A stretch of DNA of 63,731 nucleotides, filler included, from Octopus bimaculoides (GCF_001194135.2; 4 parts of 3 records of this genome joined end to end with filler, not necessarily neighbours in it); one strand, 5' to 3'. Positions 24,294-36,764 are shown, numbered from the whole stretch's first letter. The notes: generated by a model from the letters alone, not told the origin. Translations and numbers: made by a program.

Positions 24294-25494
24294 TTCCTCT
24301 CTGTCCTCCTCTGTCTGTCTCTCTCTCTCTCGCTTCGCCACTTCTCTGAAGTGTGACACACACAACAGGTACGTACAAAAACAAAAACAAAAAGCATATT
24401 AATATTATTGATGATTTCAAATTTTGGCACAAGGCCAGCAAGTTTGAGGGAGCAGGTAAATCGATTATATCACCTCCATTGCCCAACTGGTACTTTATTT
24501 TATCAACCCCGAAAGGATGAAAGGCAAAGTTGATGTTGGCGGAATTTGAACACAGAATGTAATAATGACTGAAATGCCATCAAGCATTTTCCCTGCTGCG
24601 GTAATAATTCTGACAGGCGTAGTAACAGTTCTGCCAGCTCACTGAATGATGATGATGATGATGATGACATGCAAATTAAATTTGAAGTAATCGCAATGAA
24701 AAGAATCTTGAAATCATATTGAAGAATTGATTCTTTTTTCATTTATTCTTTGTTTAGTCAGTAAACGTTTTGTATATCTTACAAAACTTGATACCATGAT
24801 AATCAGATTAACAACCTTTCTGTGTTCTTAAATTTAATTTGTAGTCTGTGTTTCATACTTCAAACCATTTTCTGTGCATTTGTAACTAGTTTCACTTGAA
24901 GTTAAAAGAAAGAATGTAAATTTTCAAAAAGCATAGTAATAAAATTCTCAGTTTCATATTACGAGAGTTAGCGTGAATATATGGATATATGTTAACTCTG
25001 TCACCGAGAAGTAAAAAAAAAAAATGACTTGTCTTTAGAAGTTATCTTCTCCAGAACAACTGTCTGGCTATTTTCTTTAGCTACATGAAGAGATACAATA
25101 TCCTTTTAGATGTTTTTTTTTTAGAACAGCAATGATCTACATGCAATGAAAGGAACTGAAATTTCCATGAATCTGCATTTCTAAATTTCAATGATATGAT
25201 TAAGACCTTTAATTTGTATTTGCTTGTTTCCATATTTCATATCTTTGGGCAATCACTTTCTTTCATTACCTCAGGTTGACCATTGGATTGTGAATGAAAT
25301 TGATTTGATGTTTTCTGGATGGAAGCCTACTAGAAGAACAGTAGCAACTCCTGGGTGGCAGACTTAATTGAATGCTTGATTTAACAGCACCATCTGATTC
25401 TTGGGTACCTTTAACAGAGTTCACTCTCTTATGAGCATTCACACTATGTCCCTGGTTTTCCTATCTCTTTCTCTGCAAGATGGACATTATTATT

Positions 25495-25778
25495 GATATA
25501 AAATGCACTCATGTCAGTACCATGTAGTATGCACTTGTGCCAGTGCCACATAAAATGCAGTCAAACCTGTTCCACATGAAATGCACCCATGCTAGTGACA
25601 CACAAAAAGCACCCAGCACACTCTGCAAAGTGGTCAGTATTTGGAAGGAGCCTGGACAGCTCTCTGGACAATTGGAGCCTGGACAGCTCTCTGGACAATT
25701 GGAGCCTGGACAGCTCTCTGGCTGGCCAGCTCCTGTCAAACCGTCCAACCCATGCAAGCATGGACAATGGATGATGGG
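25495..25778 (+). mobile_element. RTE 3' end with a 27-bp tandem repeat (x2.8)
   Basis: ggagcctggacagctctctggacaatt at 25647-25721 inside the RTE tail. Confidence 0.75.
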
Positions 25779-27011
25779 GATTTCTCCTTTGATTAGATTT
25801 ATTGAAAGAAACTCGGTCAATTCACCATAACAACTTGAAGCCCACTAGTGTCATATTAAGCTTGAAACAAAGGAGGGAAGATGGCAGAATCATTAGCACG
25901 CTGCACTATATGCTTAGTGTCATTTCATCCATCTTTACGTTTAAAGTTCAAATTCTGCCAAGGTTGACTTTGCCTTTCACTCCTTTTGGGGTTGATCAAA
26001 CAAGTACCAGTGAAGCACTGGAGTTAATGCAATAGACTTACTCCTTCCCCCAAAATTGCTGGCTTTCTGCCAAAATTTATTATCAATATTAAGTTTTAAA
26101 CAGTGGGAAAGGAATACTTGAATGTGTGTGCTAAACAGGCATAAAACAAAAAATATCACTTTTTCTAAAGGGTAATTTTTATATTTATTCTAAATAAGTA
26201 TAAAAATCATAATAATTATTAGTCTCTCACACAAGAAAATTTACAATCATTATTGAAAAGTGATGTGAAACATTCACTTTCCTTTGCATCTGGTGTAAGC
26301 ATAAACTCAATTGAGAATCCAATATTATTGATGTCAAATGAATGTACAAATGGAGAAAAAATTGGTACACTTTTTCCATCCAGAATTAGTTGAGGCAACA
26401 CTTTTAATTTTTGGTTATCAAGAACATTATCACCATCATGAACATTATCTGACAATGAAGGAAAATCAGAAGAACTTCTTCATTGCTGTATAAGTCTTCC
26501 ATTTGCAACTTGATTTCTCCCATTAATATGGGCTGCTTATTCTGAGCTGTATTTGATGAAGTAGCTACTTAGGCATCAATTGGTGATGGTTATATCCACA
26601 TTAAGTTTTTGAAACATCAGTTCTATAATAAAACATCATTTGATGATGTTTGCTGTTTATGGGCTAATATTGATATCATAACAAGCCATATGTCATACTA
26701 GCCAGTGTGTCATAGCAATATGTGTCATACTATTCTATTAGTCATGGATACCCATTTGTCATACCAACTTATATCATAGCTACCTGTGTCATAGTTAATT
26801 ATGTATAAAATGTGCCATACCAACATGATTCAGTCACCTCTGTTATACTGGTTTCAAATTTTGGCACAAGGCCAGCAAGTTTGGGAGAGGAGATAAGTTG
26901 ATTACATCAACCCCAGTGCTTAATTAATACTTATTTTATCAACCCTGAAAGGATGAAAGGCAAAGCTGATGTCAGCGGAATTTGAACTCAGAACAAAAAG
27001 ACAGATGAAAT

Positions 27012-27075
<64 letters not shown>

Positions 27076-27551
27076 TCTATATATATATACATGTGTATAT
27101 ATACATGTATATGGATACATTTGTGCAGATATATATATGCATGTATGTATATATGTATGTATGCCTGTATATATGTGAAAGTATAGTTTCACTGTAGTAG
27201 TTTCAGCATGGAAATGAAACCATGAAAGTGAAAGTATCTGTCATTACAGTATGGAAATGTGATTGTTTCAGATTTGATAGTGGAATAGTTTCATTTTGAA
27301 AGTGAAAGTATTTGATATGAGTGTTTTTGTTTCACTTTTGACACGTAATACTTAAATAGTCGAGGAGATATGATGTTGCTGTGGGCTCGAACTATGCAAG
27401 AAGTGAAAAATTTTTGGGACTAAAACACAACCGGAACCCTAAGTAAGGCATGTGTAAAATTTGAGTGTAGTTCTCGAGTTTTAAGGATTCACACAGACAC
27501 ACACACCCATTCTCATTTATATATATATTTATATATATATATATATATATA

Positions 27552-28110
27552 TATCATCATCATCATCGTTTAACGGCCGTTCTCCATGCTGGCATGGGTC
27601 GGACGATTTGACTGAGGACTGGCGAGCCAGATGGCTGCACCAGGCTCCAATCTGATCTGGCAGAGTTTCTACAGCTGGATACTCTTCCTAACACTAACCA
27701 CTCCGAGAGTGTAGTNNNNNNNNNNNNNNNNNNNNNNNNNNNNNNNNNNNNNNNNNNNNTTAATTAATTAANNNNNNNNNNNNNNNNNNNNNNNNNNNNN
27801 NNNNNNNNNNNNNNNGCTTTCTCCATGTCAATGAAGGCCAGGTACAGAGGTTTATCCTTGGCTAGATATTTCTCCTGCAGCTGTCTCACTAGAAATATGG
27901 CATCAGTGGTGCTTTTACCTGGCACGAACCCAAACTGCATCTCATCTAAATTGATTCGCTCCCTAATTAGTTGGGCTATGACCCTCTCCGTAACTTTCAT
28001 AACCTGATCTAACAGTTTGATGCCTCTGTAATTATTAGTATCTAAAGCGTCACCTTTACCTTTGTAGCAGTTGGCTATGGTGCTACTACACAAGTCATTG
28101 GGTATGACTC
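27552..28110 (-). mobile_element. RTE LINE pieces: RT N-terminal fragment (27816-28110) and 3' end (27552-27715) on either side of a gap
   Basis: CYKGKGDALDTNNYRGIKLLDQVMKVTERVI..EMQFGFVPGKSTTDAIFLVRQLQEKY..LYLAFIDMEK; (ATC)n tail. Confidence 0.85.
27760..27771. other. Scaffolding gap marker TTAATTAATTAA
   Basis: Identical 12-mer flanked by 44 N on each side here, at 37155-37166 and at 47908-47919. Confidence 0.9.
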
Positions 28111-28479
28111 CTTTATTATCAAGGTAATGTTTACCTACTGTTCTTTCAGATACAATAATGATTTCTAATTTTGGCTCAAAGCTAGAATTGTTGATTAACT
28201 TGACCTCTGAACTCAGTATTTTGTTTTTATCAACACCAGTTTGGTAGTGTGTAAGCTGAGTATGGATAAGCTGTGACCTCTGATGTATGGGTATGGTCAA
28301 ACTGCTTTCAATGTATTGTTATAAAGCTGTTATTGTAAAAGGAGTAAGTGCTAAAACAGTGGAGAGAGAGAGAGGAAGATGACAAACTGAGCTCAATGAA
28401 ATGTTTAAATTTTCCTCACTTTAAACAAAGTCACTGTACAGTTCAACAATTGGACTGATGGTAAATACCCCAGGGGAAC

Positions 28480-29050
28480 AATGCATGTGTGTGTGTTTGT
28501 GTGCATGTATATGTATGTGAGTTTGTGTGTGTGTTTGTGTGTATGTATATGTATGTGAGTATAGGTACACCTATTGTGTACAAGTGTGTGTATGTGTGTG
28601 TGTGTGTGTGAGCGAGTGAGTGAGTGTCTGTATGCACATGTGTGCATGTGTGTGTATATGTGCATATGTATGTGAGTGTTTATGTGTATACGTATTGTGT
28701 ACATGTGTGTGTGTGTGAGTGAGTGAGTGTGTGTCTGCATGCACATGTGTGTGCATGTGTGTGTATGTGTATATGTATGTGAGTGTTTGTGTGTATACAT
28801 ATTGTGTACATGCGTGTGTGTGTGTGTGTGAGTGAGTGAGTGTGTGTCTACATGCACATGTGTGTGTATGTGTATATGTATGTGAGTGTTTGTGTGTATA
28901 CGTATTGTGTACATGTGTGTGTGTGTGTGTGTGTATGAGTGAGTGAGTGAGTGTGTGTCTGCATGCACATGTGTGTGTATGTGTATATGTATGTGAGTGT
29001 TTGTGTGTATATGTATTATGTACATGTGTGTGTGTGTGCGTGCGTGTGTT
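28480..29050. repeat. Higher-order TG-rich minisatellite (~110-bp degenerate units)
   Basis: tgtatatgtatgtgagtgttt.tgtgtatac.tattgtgtaca recurs about 5 times. Confidence 0.85.
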
Positions 29051-29498
29051 ACTGTCTGTTTGCCTTGACTTTGCCTGATAGCTGTAAATGAGTGACACCA
29101 TCATGCATGTGGTGTCCTTTGTTTCTAATCTTCTGTGAAAGCATGTTCAACCATGGAGCAATATTACCTTACTTGGAAACAGGTGAGGGTTGGCAACAGG
29201 AAGAGCATCCAGCTGTACAAAATGCGCCTCAAGAAATTCCATCAAACCCACGCTAGCATGGAAAAAATGGATGTCAAAACAATGATAATAATGAGGATAA
29301 TGATAATCATGTAGTGAAAGGAAAGTAATGAAGTGACATATATAGGTACACTGACAACCATAGCTACACAAAGGGGACACAGACAACAGGGTCACTTTTC
29401 CCTGGCAGATGCAATATGCCTCTCATTTCTGGAATGGAACCAATGTCTATCACCTTAACCACTAATGTTGCATAAGCATAAGGACAGGATTTTAACTA

Positions 29499-30345
29499 CA
29501 AGGTGTTGGGCTAAATATGACAATTTTATGTTTCCTATTTTTGAGGAACAGCTTGATGAATTGGTGAACACTCAACAGCATTGGAGGGCATAAAGATTGA
29601 AGTTGTAGTTGAGAAAAAGTTAGCTGACATAGAAGACTGGAAGCCATCTGAATATTTGGAAAGAGTGAGCTGTATCATGATGATTTGTGCTGGGTATCAA
29701 AATGCCAACATCATCACTGCTGCTCAATACTCTGTGAACACCCGAAAGGCTGTAAGACATGATACAGACATGAAAAAACAGAGTGCGGGTGATGTCATGC
29801 CACACCGCATCTTTGAACGGAAGCTTTAGGCTCTATTCAGACAGCTATGTGAAGCTGATGGCAACTGTGGTCAAACTCTGACTGAAGAGGGTTGCTGCTG
29901 GAAGGTCATATGTGTGACATTCGGATTTGGCTCCTTGCCATACTTCTGTAAACAGTCAGAAGTGGTTGTTGGAGAATTTTTATGCCTTCACTAGCTCCAA
30001 TTTCTGACTTCTTAATTCCCCCAATTCTAATCCCATTGGTAGAGTGCAGTTAAGGAAGACATCAACCACTCTACCTGCAACACGAAGGCTGAGCTGGTGG
30101 CCAAGATCGAGAAGGTATTCAAATTTCTCCCAGAGATACAGTGAGGAACAAATGCACCAGGTTCCCAAGTCGTTTTGAGGCCATGGTGGAAGCTGAGAGC
30201 GGCCACTTTGAGTAAATTATTATTGCCCAGTCATAACGTATTTGTTTTTTTTTTTCTCGATTTTTAAAAAATACGTTTATTTTTGGATAGGATATTGTTT
30301 TCTTTTCCTTTTATGTAGAATATCAAATTTAGCCCAAACCCTTTA
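29499..30345 (+). mobile_element. Internally deleted Tc1/mariner element (maT/DD37D-like C-terminus)
   Basis: Imperfect TIRs caaggtgttgggctaaatatga and tcaaatttagcccaaacccttta between TA dinucleotides; decayed DLAPCHTS..QKWL.ENF..NSPNSNP..NTKAELVAKI..RFEAMVEAESGHFE*. Confidence 0.75.
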
Positions 30346-31431
30346 TATCGACTCCAGATATATAACAACAGATATATATATATAACTACAGATATGTGGC
30401 CTCAACCCCAACTTTGTTTCTTCAAATGCATAATGAAATTTTCCTGAGTTACAATTTATATGGTGTAGCTTAAGATTATATCAGAATTTGCTGCGAAGTC
30501 ATTTTGAGAAGGTGATAATGGTGGAGACAAGTTTTGAATAATTCTCATTTTTTGGTTTTGGTTCGTCATNNNNNNNNNNNNNNNNNNNNNNNNNNNNNNN
30601 NNNNNNNNNNNNNNNNNNNNNNNNNNNNNNNNNNNNNNNNNNNNNNNNNNNNNNNNNNNNNNNNNNNNNNNNNNNNNNNNNNNNNNNNNNNNNNNNNNNN
30701 NNNNNNNNNNNNNNNNNNNNNNNNNNNNNNNNNNNNNNNNNNNNNNNNNNNNNNNNNNNNNNNNNNNNNNNNNNNNNNNNNNNNNNNNNNNNNNNNNNNN
30801 NNNNNNNNNNNNNNNNNNNNNNNNNNNNNNNNNNNNNNNNNNNNNNNNNNNNNNNNNNNNNNNNNNNNNNNNNNNNNNNNNNNNNNNNNNNNNNNNNNNN
30901 NNNCTAATTATCAGAAACCTATTAGTAGAAAATTTCGTTAGAAAATAAAAAAATTCATTTTTCAAAAAGTTATGAAGAAACAAAATTTATATATACATCC
31001 CACATATCTGTGATATTGCCTTGATTAGTAATTTATTTTATCGACCCGTAAAGAACGAAAGGAAAAGATGATTTCGGCGGGAATTGAACACGGAAAGTAC
31101 CAGCGACAGTAAGTAAAGCGACGCAATTAAATATAAAAAAAAGGTATCTTATTCGACGACCTAACGATTCTGTTAACGAACCGCCATTCGATTAAGAATT
31201 ATTTTGACGGTAGCTTGTCTTCGCATTACGAATGAGTGGTTGAAAGAAGACAGAACGTAATAATTGGAGAAAACAAGATAGCTGCAGACCGTTGAGCTGT
31301 GACGTCACATAACATTCTCCGACTGCTGTTTACTGTTGCTACGATAACCTACAACATAAGTGAATAAAATCAGCAGTAGAAACAGAATGGGCTTTCAATA
31401 AAAGCATTATTATGGACCACTTCAACTGCCA

Positions 31432-31504
31432 GCCGAAATAGCTCAGTTGGGAGAGCGTTAGACTGAAGATCTAAAGGTCCCTGGTTCGATCCCGGGTTTC
31501 GGCA
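31432..31504 (+). tRNA. tRNA-Phe(GAA): tRNA-Phe, anticodon GAA, intact 73 nt, no intron
   Basis: Full cloverleaf: GCCGAAA/TTTCGGC acceptor, GCTC/GAGC D-stem, TTAGA/TCTAA anticodon stem with CTGAAGA loop, CCTGG/CCGGG T-stem with TTCGATC loop. Confidence 0.98.
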
Positions 31505-31524
31505 TCCGGTGGTTGGCACAATTC

Positions 31525-31532
31525 TTTTTTTT
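31525..31532 (+). terminator. Pol III oligo-T terminator of the tRNA gene
   Basis: T8 run 20 nt after the tRNA 3' end. Confidence 0.8.
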
Positions 31533-31919
31533 AAATGTAAGAAAGTTTTACTTTCTATTGCTCAGCAGTAAATTTTATCTTTTGTTTCCACAACTTCTAT
31601 TCGATGATAAAGTTTTCATATGGTTGTATGGTTCCTCATAGTTGCAGGTTCGGTCACACTTCGTGGCAGCTTGGCAAGTGTCTTCTACTATAGCTCTCAA
31701 TTGACCAGAATCTTGTGATGGAAACAGGAAAGAAGTCTATTATGTAATTTGTTTTTATACCTACGTACAAAGTGTTTGGGATTGCAAGACAGTGTGTGAG
31801 AGAAAATCGCGAAGTCATAGGAGAGAAATATATGTCCATATGGATGATGGTTCACTTGCATTTAATGATGCTGCAAAGAAAGGGCTTGGAAACGCCACTA
31901 TGAAAGGTTGCTAAATAAA

Positions 31920-34120
31920 GAGAATGAATAGGAGAAAGAGAGTCTGTTACATGTTGACCCAACTGAAGGACGAGCTATCCAAATCAACAATACCTTGGTA
32001 GATAAAGCAAATAAGGATATGAAGACAGGGAAAGCCCCTGGCCCATCAGGAATCACCGCTGAGATGCTTAAAATATCTGGCGGTGTAGGCTATGGTCTAG
32101 TCACTAATATAGTTAACCAGATGGTACATGAAGGAGTCATACAAAGGTAAAGGTGATGCCTTAGATAGAAATAATTACAGAGGTATCAAATTGTTGGATC
32201 AGGTGATGAAAGTTACAGTGAGGGTCATAGCCCAACTTATAAGGGAGAGAGTTAGTTTAAATGAGAAACACCACTGATGCTACATTTCTGGTAAGACAGC
32301 TGCAGAAGAAATACCTAGCCAAAGATAAAACCTCTGTACAGGGCTGGATTAAGACCCACAGAGGCCCTAGGCACTTAAAAGATTTTGGTGCCCCACACAT
32401 ATGTAATTCAAAATATAAACAATAATGAACCATAAAATAAATTTTATGTTTCAAAATCAAACATAACTAACAGTAATATGGAAAATAATGTTTATTTTTG
32501 TATACTTACACTTTATTTATATTTGAAAAGTTTTCTCTTAATTTTTTTAATAGCAAAGTCATTGATCAGATCTTCACTATGGCATTATGAGCATTTGAAA
32601 TTATATTTCTGATCATATAAACCACTTTGAATATTATTTTAGCAATTTTTAAGCAATTTCTTTTCTATTGTAAACCATTTACCATTTCTGTGATGCCCCA
32701 CTTGCCTTGATGCCCTAAGCACATGTTTTTGTTTAATGGCTATTCCAGCGCTGCCTCTGTACTTGGCTTTTGTTGAGATGGAGAAAACCTTTGATAAAGT
32801 CCCCTGATCCCTTATCTGGTGATCAATGCAGAAACTAGGGATAGACAAGTGGTTGGTGAGAGCTGTACAAGCCATGTACAGGGATGCTATCAGTAGGGTG
32901 ATGGTGGTAACAACCATAGTGAAGAATTCAGGGTACAAGTAGGGGTTCACCAAGGTTCAGTCCTCAGGCTCCTCTTGTTCATCCTTCAAGCAATAACAGA
33001 GGAATTCAATACAGGCTGCCCCTGGGAGCTCCTCTATGTTGATGACTTTGTTCTTATAGCTGAATCACTACCAGAACTTAAGAAGTTTCAGGTGTAGAAG
33101 CAAGGTCTAGAATCGAAAGGCCTTAGGAAAGCAGATAAATCACAAATCCCTTCAGGTAAAATTAACACTAAAAATGTACAGAAAATAGATTCCATCACAT
33201 GCCGGGGGGAAAACTAGAGGTAGTCAGATAGCTTCCATTAACAAGGTGACCAAGTCAGTAGTGGGGGTGGATGCTCTGAGAGCGTAGCTGGTAGTATAAG
33301 AATAGGCTTAGCAAAGTTCAGAGGACTCCTACCTCTGCTAGTAACAATAGGCCTCTTGCTCAGAGTAAAAGGCAGACTGTATGATGCCTGAGTGCAAACA
33401 GCCATGCTACACAGCAGTGAAACATGGGCTGTGACTGCCAAGGACATGTGTAGGCTTGAAAGAAATGAAGCCACAATGCTTCGTTGGATATGTAATGTCA
33501 GTGTGCATGAATGGCAGAGTCCTGAGAGAAAAGTTGGGCACATGTGATGCATATGGATGAGGACAGCTGCATGAAGAAGTGTCGCATTCTAACAGTGGCA
33601 GGAAACTTATGGAAGAGGTAGACCCAGGAATGTTGGGCCTCACAGAGGCAATGACAAGCGACTGAGACCTTTGGCAATATACCATGCTTGAGAAGACCCA
33701 TCAAGCCAAGTGAGGTTGTAGTCGTTAATGATGCTAGTGTCACATAACTGGCACATAAAAAGCACCCCTTAAACGTTAGATGATATGCTGTGCTTGTGAA
33801 GACCTGTTGAGCCAAGTGAAATTGTAGTCATGGCAGGTGACCAAGACCTTTGGCTATATACTGTGCTTGTGTAGACCTGTCAAGACAAGTGAGACCGTAG
33901 TCATAGCCAATGCCAGTGTCAGGTCAATAGCACTTATGCCGGTGGCACGTAAAAACACCCACTACACTCTTAGAATGTTTGTTGTTAGGAAGGGCATCCA
34001 GCTATAGAATCCTTGCCAAATCATATTGGAACCTGGTGCAGCTCCCTAGCTTATCAGTTTTCAGTCAAACCATCCAACCCATGCCAGCATGGAAAATGAA
34101 TGTCAAATGATGATGATGAT
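31920..34120 (+). mobile_element. Decayed 5'-truncated RTE LINE (RT through (GAT)n tail), interrupted by a MITE
   Basis: DMKTGKAPGPSGITAEML; NYRGIKLLDQVMK; PLYLAF rejoined across the MITE; QGSVL, LLYVDDF and SETWAV remnants; RTE tail. Confidence 0.85.
32339..32753. mobile_element. hAT-like MITE (415 bp)
   Basis: TIRs CAGGGCTGGATTA and TATTCCAGCGCTG; exact 8-bp TSD CCTCTGTA (32331-32338, 32754-32761). Confidence 0.85.
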
Positions 34121-34124
34121 GAAG

Positions 34125-34345
34125 TGTGTCTTTGCATTTGTGTTTGTCCATCTTCACCACTTGACAACTAGAGTTGGTTTGATTACATACTCATAACTTA
34201 GTTGTTCAGCAAAGGAGACTGATAGAACAAATACCAGGCTTTAAAAAAAGTAAGTACTAGAGATGGTTTAATTGACTAAACCCCAACAAGGCAGTACTTC
34301 GGCATAACCTCAGTCCAGTAACTGAAACAAGTAAAAGATAAAAAA
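34125..34345 (+). mobile_element. SINE family A 3' half
   Basis: Homology; a minus-strand 5' half lies at ~34930-35107. Confidence 0.7.
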
Positions 34346-34369
34346 AAGGATAATAAACACACATTCACA

Positions 34370-34418
<49 letters not shown>

Positions 34419-35116
34419 TTAGTAAATGGAGTAAGACGCATATGTTAACTGAATACTATTATTTCCAACATATGTTTCGAAGATTACAAATTATACCCTC
34501 CATAGGAATAGGTGATGTTGATAAGAATGTAATCTTCTCTTCAGGGAAATGCATGGGAACCAGCTTAAACGTAAGACATTTTATAGCCATGCTACATGGC
34601 AGTGAAACATGGGCCATGACTGCTGAGGACATGCATAATAAGCTCACAAGTAATGAAGCCAGTATGTTCCGATCGTGTACGTGTCTTTTCAAGTACAGCA
34701 AACCACCAGGAGTTTTGGTCCCCTGTCATCCCCTGTGTGAGTCCCAACGTTTGTAGATCCTTTCTCACCACTTTGTCCCATATATATATATATATATTTA
34801 TATAAGGGCATTACTATACAATAATGCCTCACGCTATGAGGAACTCTAAGGTCAGACCACCATAAAAAACACATTTTTACCGAATGCGAGGAAATGCAAC
34901 TCTCAAAGCCAGCCCCTTAAAAACAGACACATACACATACAACAGACTTCTTTTAGTTTCCATCTACCAAATCCACTCACAAAGCTTTGGTCAGTCTGAG
35001 GCTATTGTAGCAGACACATGCCCAAGTTGCCATTCAGTGGGACTGCATGTTGAAACTGAAAGCATGTTCAGAAACAAACTTCTAACCATGCAGTCATGGC
35101 TGTACCTATGTTTAAT

Positions 35117-36168
35117 ACCAATGTTAATAAATTAAGTGTCAATGTATTAAACAGTGTATGCAATTAAAAGAAATCTCAATTAATTGAGATTTATTTTTTA
35201 GTTGTAGAAAGAAAACAAAAACCTAACAGCCATTGAAAGAAAAGGAGAAAGAGTAAATTTTACATGCTTAAGGGCACATCTGAACATTGTTTTACAAGAA
35301 TTTCAATATTTTTTAGGCATATCAGTATGCAAACCTACTTTGATCAGATGACAAAAAGTTTTACATAAAGAAATAAAATTTTTTGGCTAATAAGCATTTA
35401 CATAATTAAGAAATAAAATTAGCTAAGAGTCAGTGACCTGGATTTAGATAGATGAGTCAGGGGGGGGGGCTATGTCCTGAGTGATGTACTCAAACAATTC
35501 ACAATTAACTGAAATTTGTAAAATATATAAATAGATCAACAAAATATATAAAATAAAAAATAAAATAATGTAAAAATAGCACATTTACTCTTGAAAACGT
35601 CTGTAACCTGATCAAACAAGATTGAGTTGAATGCTGTACTGATGAGGTCTAATAAGACTAAAACATGTCTGAAGCTGTCCCCAATGTCAGATTTCCTCTA
35701 AACATGTGAATTTGGTGAAATTAAGTCATAATTTTATGAAATTATTTTCTCTTTTCTTACAGAGTTACTGCTAAAAATTAATTACTGTTAGATTGCTTTT
35801 GAGAATTTTTTACACAAGTTATTCATGTATATCACTCATTAATTTATTTAACTGTATTCATGTCCCTTAGCTAATTCTATTTATTAAGTAAATTTCTATG
35901 AGTCAAAAATATTTTTTCTCTATGTAAAACTTCTGTCTTTTGATTTAAGTAGATTTGCATACTGATGTGCCTCAAAACACTGAAATTCCTGTAAAACAAT
36001 GATCAGGTTTGCCCATAAGCATGTAAAATTTACTCTTTCTCCTTTTCTTTCAGAGTTATCAACAATGGCTGTCAGGTTTTTGTTTTCTGTCTGCAACTAA
36101 AACAAAATCTCAATTAAATGAGATTTTTCTTAATTGCATACATTGACACTTAATTTATTAACATTGGT
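35117..36168. mobile_element. ~1.05-kb foldback element with ~305-bp terminal inverted repeats
   Basis: Arms 35117-35427 and 35866-36168 are reverse complements (accaatgttaataaattaagtgtcaatgta and tacattgacacttaatttattaacattggt); no TSD visible, both ends abut SINE heads. Confidence 0.8.
35633..35675 (+). ncRNA. Degenerate minimal type I hammerhead-like motif
   Basis: gctgta CTGATGA GGTC taataa GACT AAAA CATG TC tgaagc: stem II, palindromic ACATGT stem III, GUC triplet; G12 appears lost (CG>TA). Confidence 0.5.
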
Positions 36169-36391
36169 GCATGGCTCGGTGGTTAGAGCATTGAGCTTAT
36201 GATCATGAGGTTACGAGTTTGATTCCTGGACCAGGCTGTGCATGTTCCACAAATAGCTTTACTCAGACTTGTACCTCAGAGAAGTTTCTAGGTGCACCCA
36301 TGGTTATTCATGACTAAAAGGGGGTCCTTACCCATGACCCTTTAATGTATATAATATACATAATATCTGTGTGTGTGTGTGTGTGTGTGTA

Positions 36392-36760
36392 CATGGTCTA
36401 ATCAATAAGTATCTGGATTGTTACTATAGTAACGAAGCTAAAGCACTGAAAGTGAAGCAGCTTGGCACAGACTGACATTGAATTCTGCTGTGCATGCGCA
36501 CTAAGTTTTAACATTCTAGCTCACACCCGCTGTTTACAGCATTGCTTGGAAGTAACATGTGTAGCATGTGTTTGTTGCATTGACTGTAACAGAGACAGTT
36601 GAGCAGAGAACCTGCATCAAATTTTGCCAAAAGCTTGGCAATACCTGCTCAGAGGCCTACACAAAGCTTTCAAAAAAGTTTTCCTCATTCTCGACACAAT
36701 CAAGAACATCTTGTGCAAGTGAAACCCGAGTGTCTTTTTGGTCAGCTGAAAGCAGTTTTG
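36392..36760 (+). mobile_element. Mariner-family 5' fragment (TIR and transposase N-terminus)
   Basis: TA + catggtctaatcaataagtatctgga TIR-like start; TVEQRTCIKFCQKLGNTCSEAYTKL, a typical mariner HTH start. Confidence 0.75.
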
Positions 36761-36764
36761 GCAC

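Noticed and set aside
25509-25820. ORF with Cys-rich ESCPGSNCP repeats, superficially metallothionein-like
   Set aside because: Produced by a 27-bp tandem duplication on the antisense strand of an RTE 3' UTR; also too short and spacer-free to be CRISPR.
27764-28300. 178-aa minus ORF as an intact gene
   Set aside because: Only the C-terminal ~85 aa are RTE RT; the rest is read-through from unrelated flank, and it ends in a gap.
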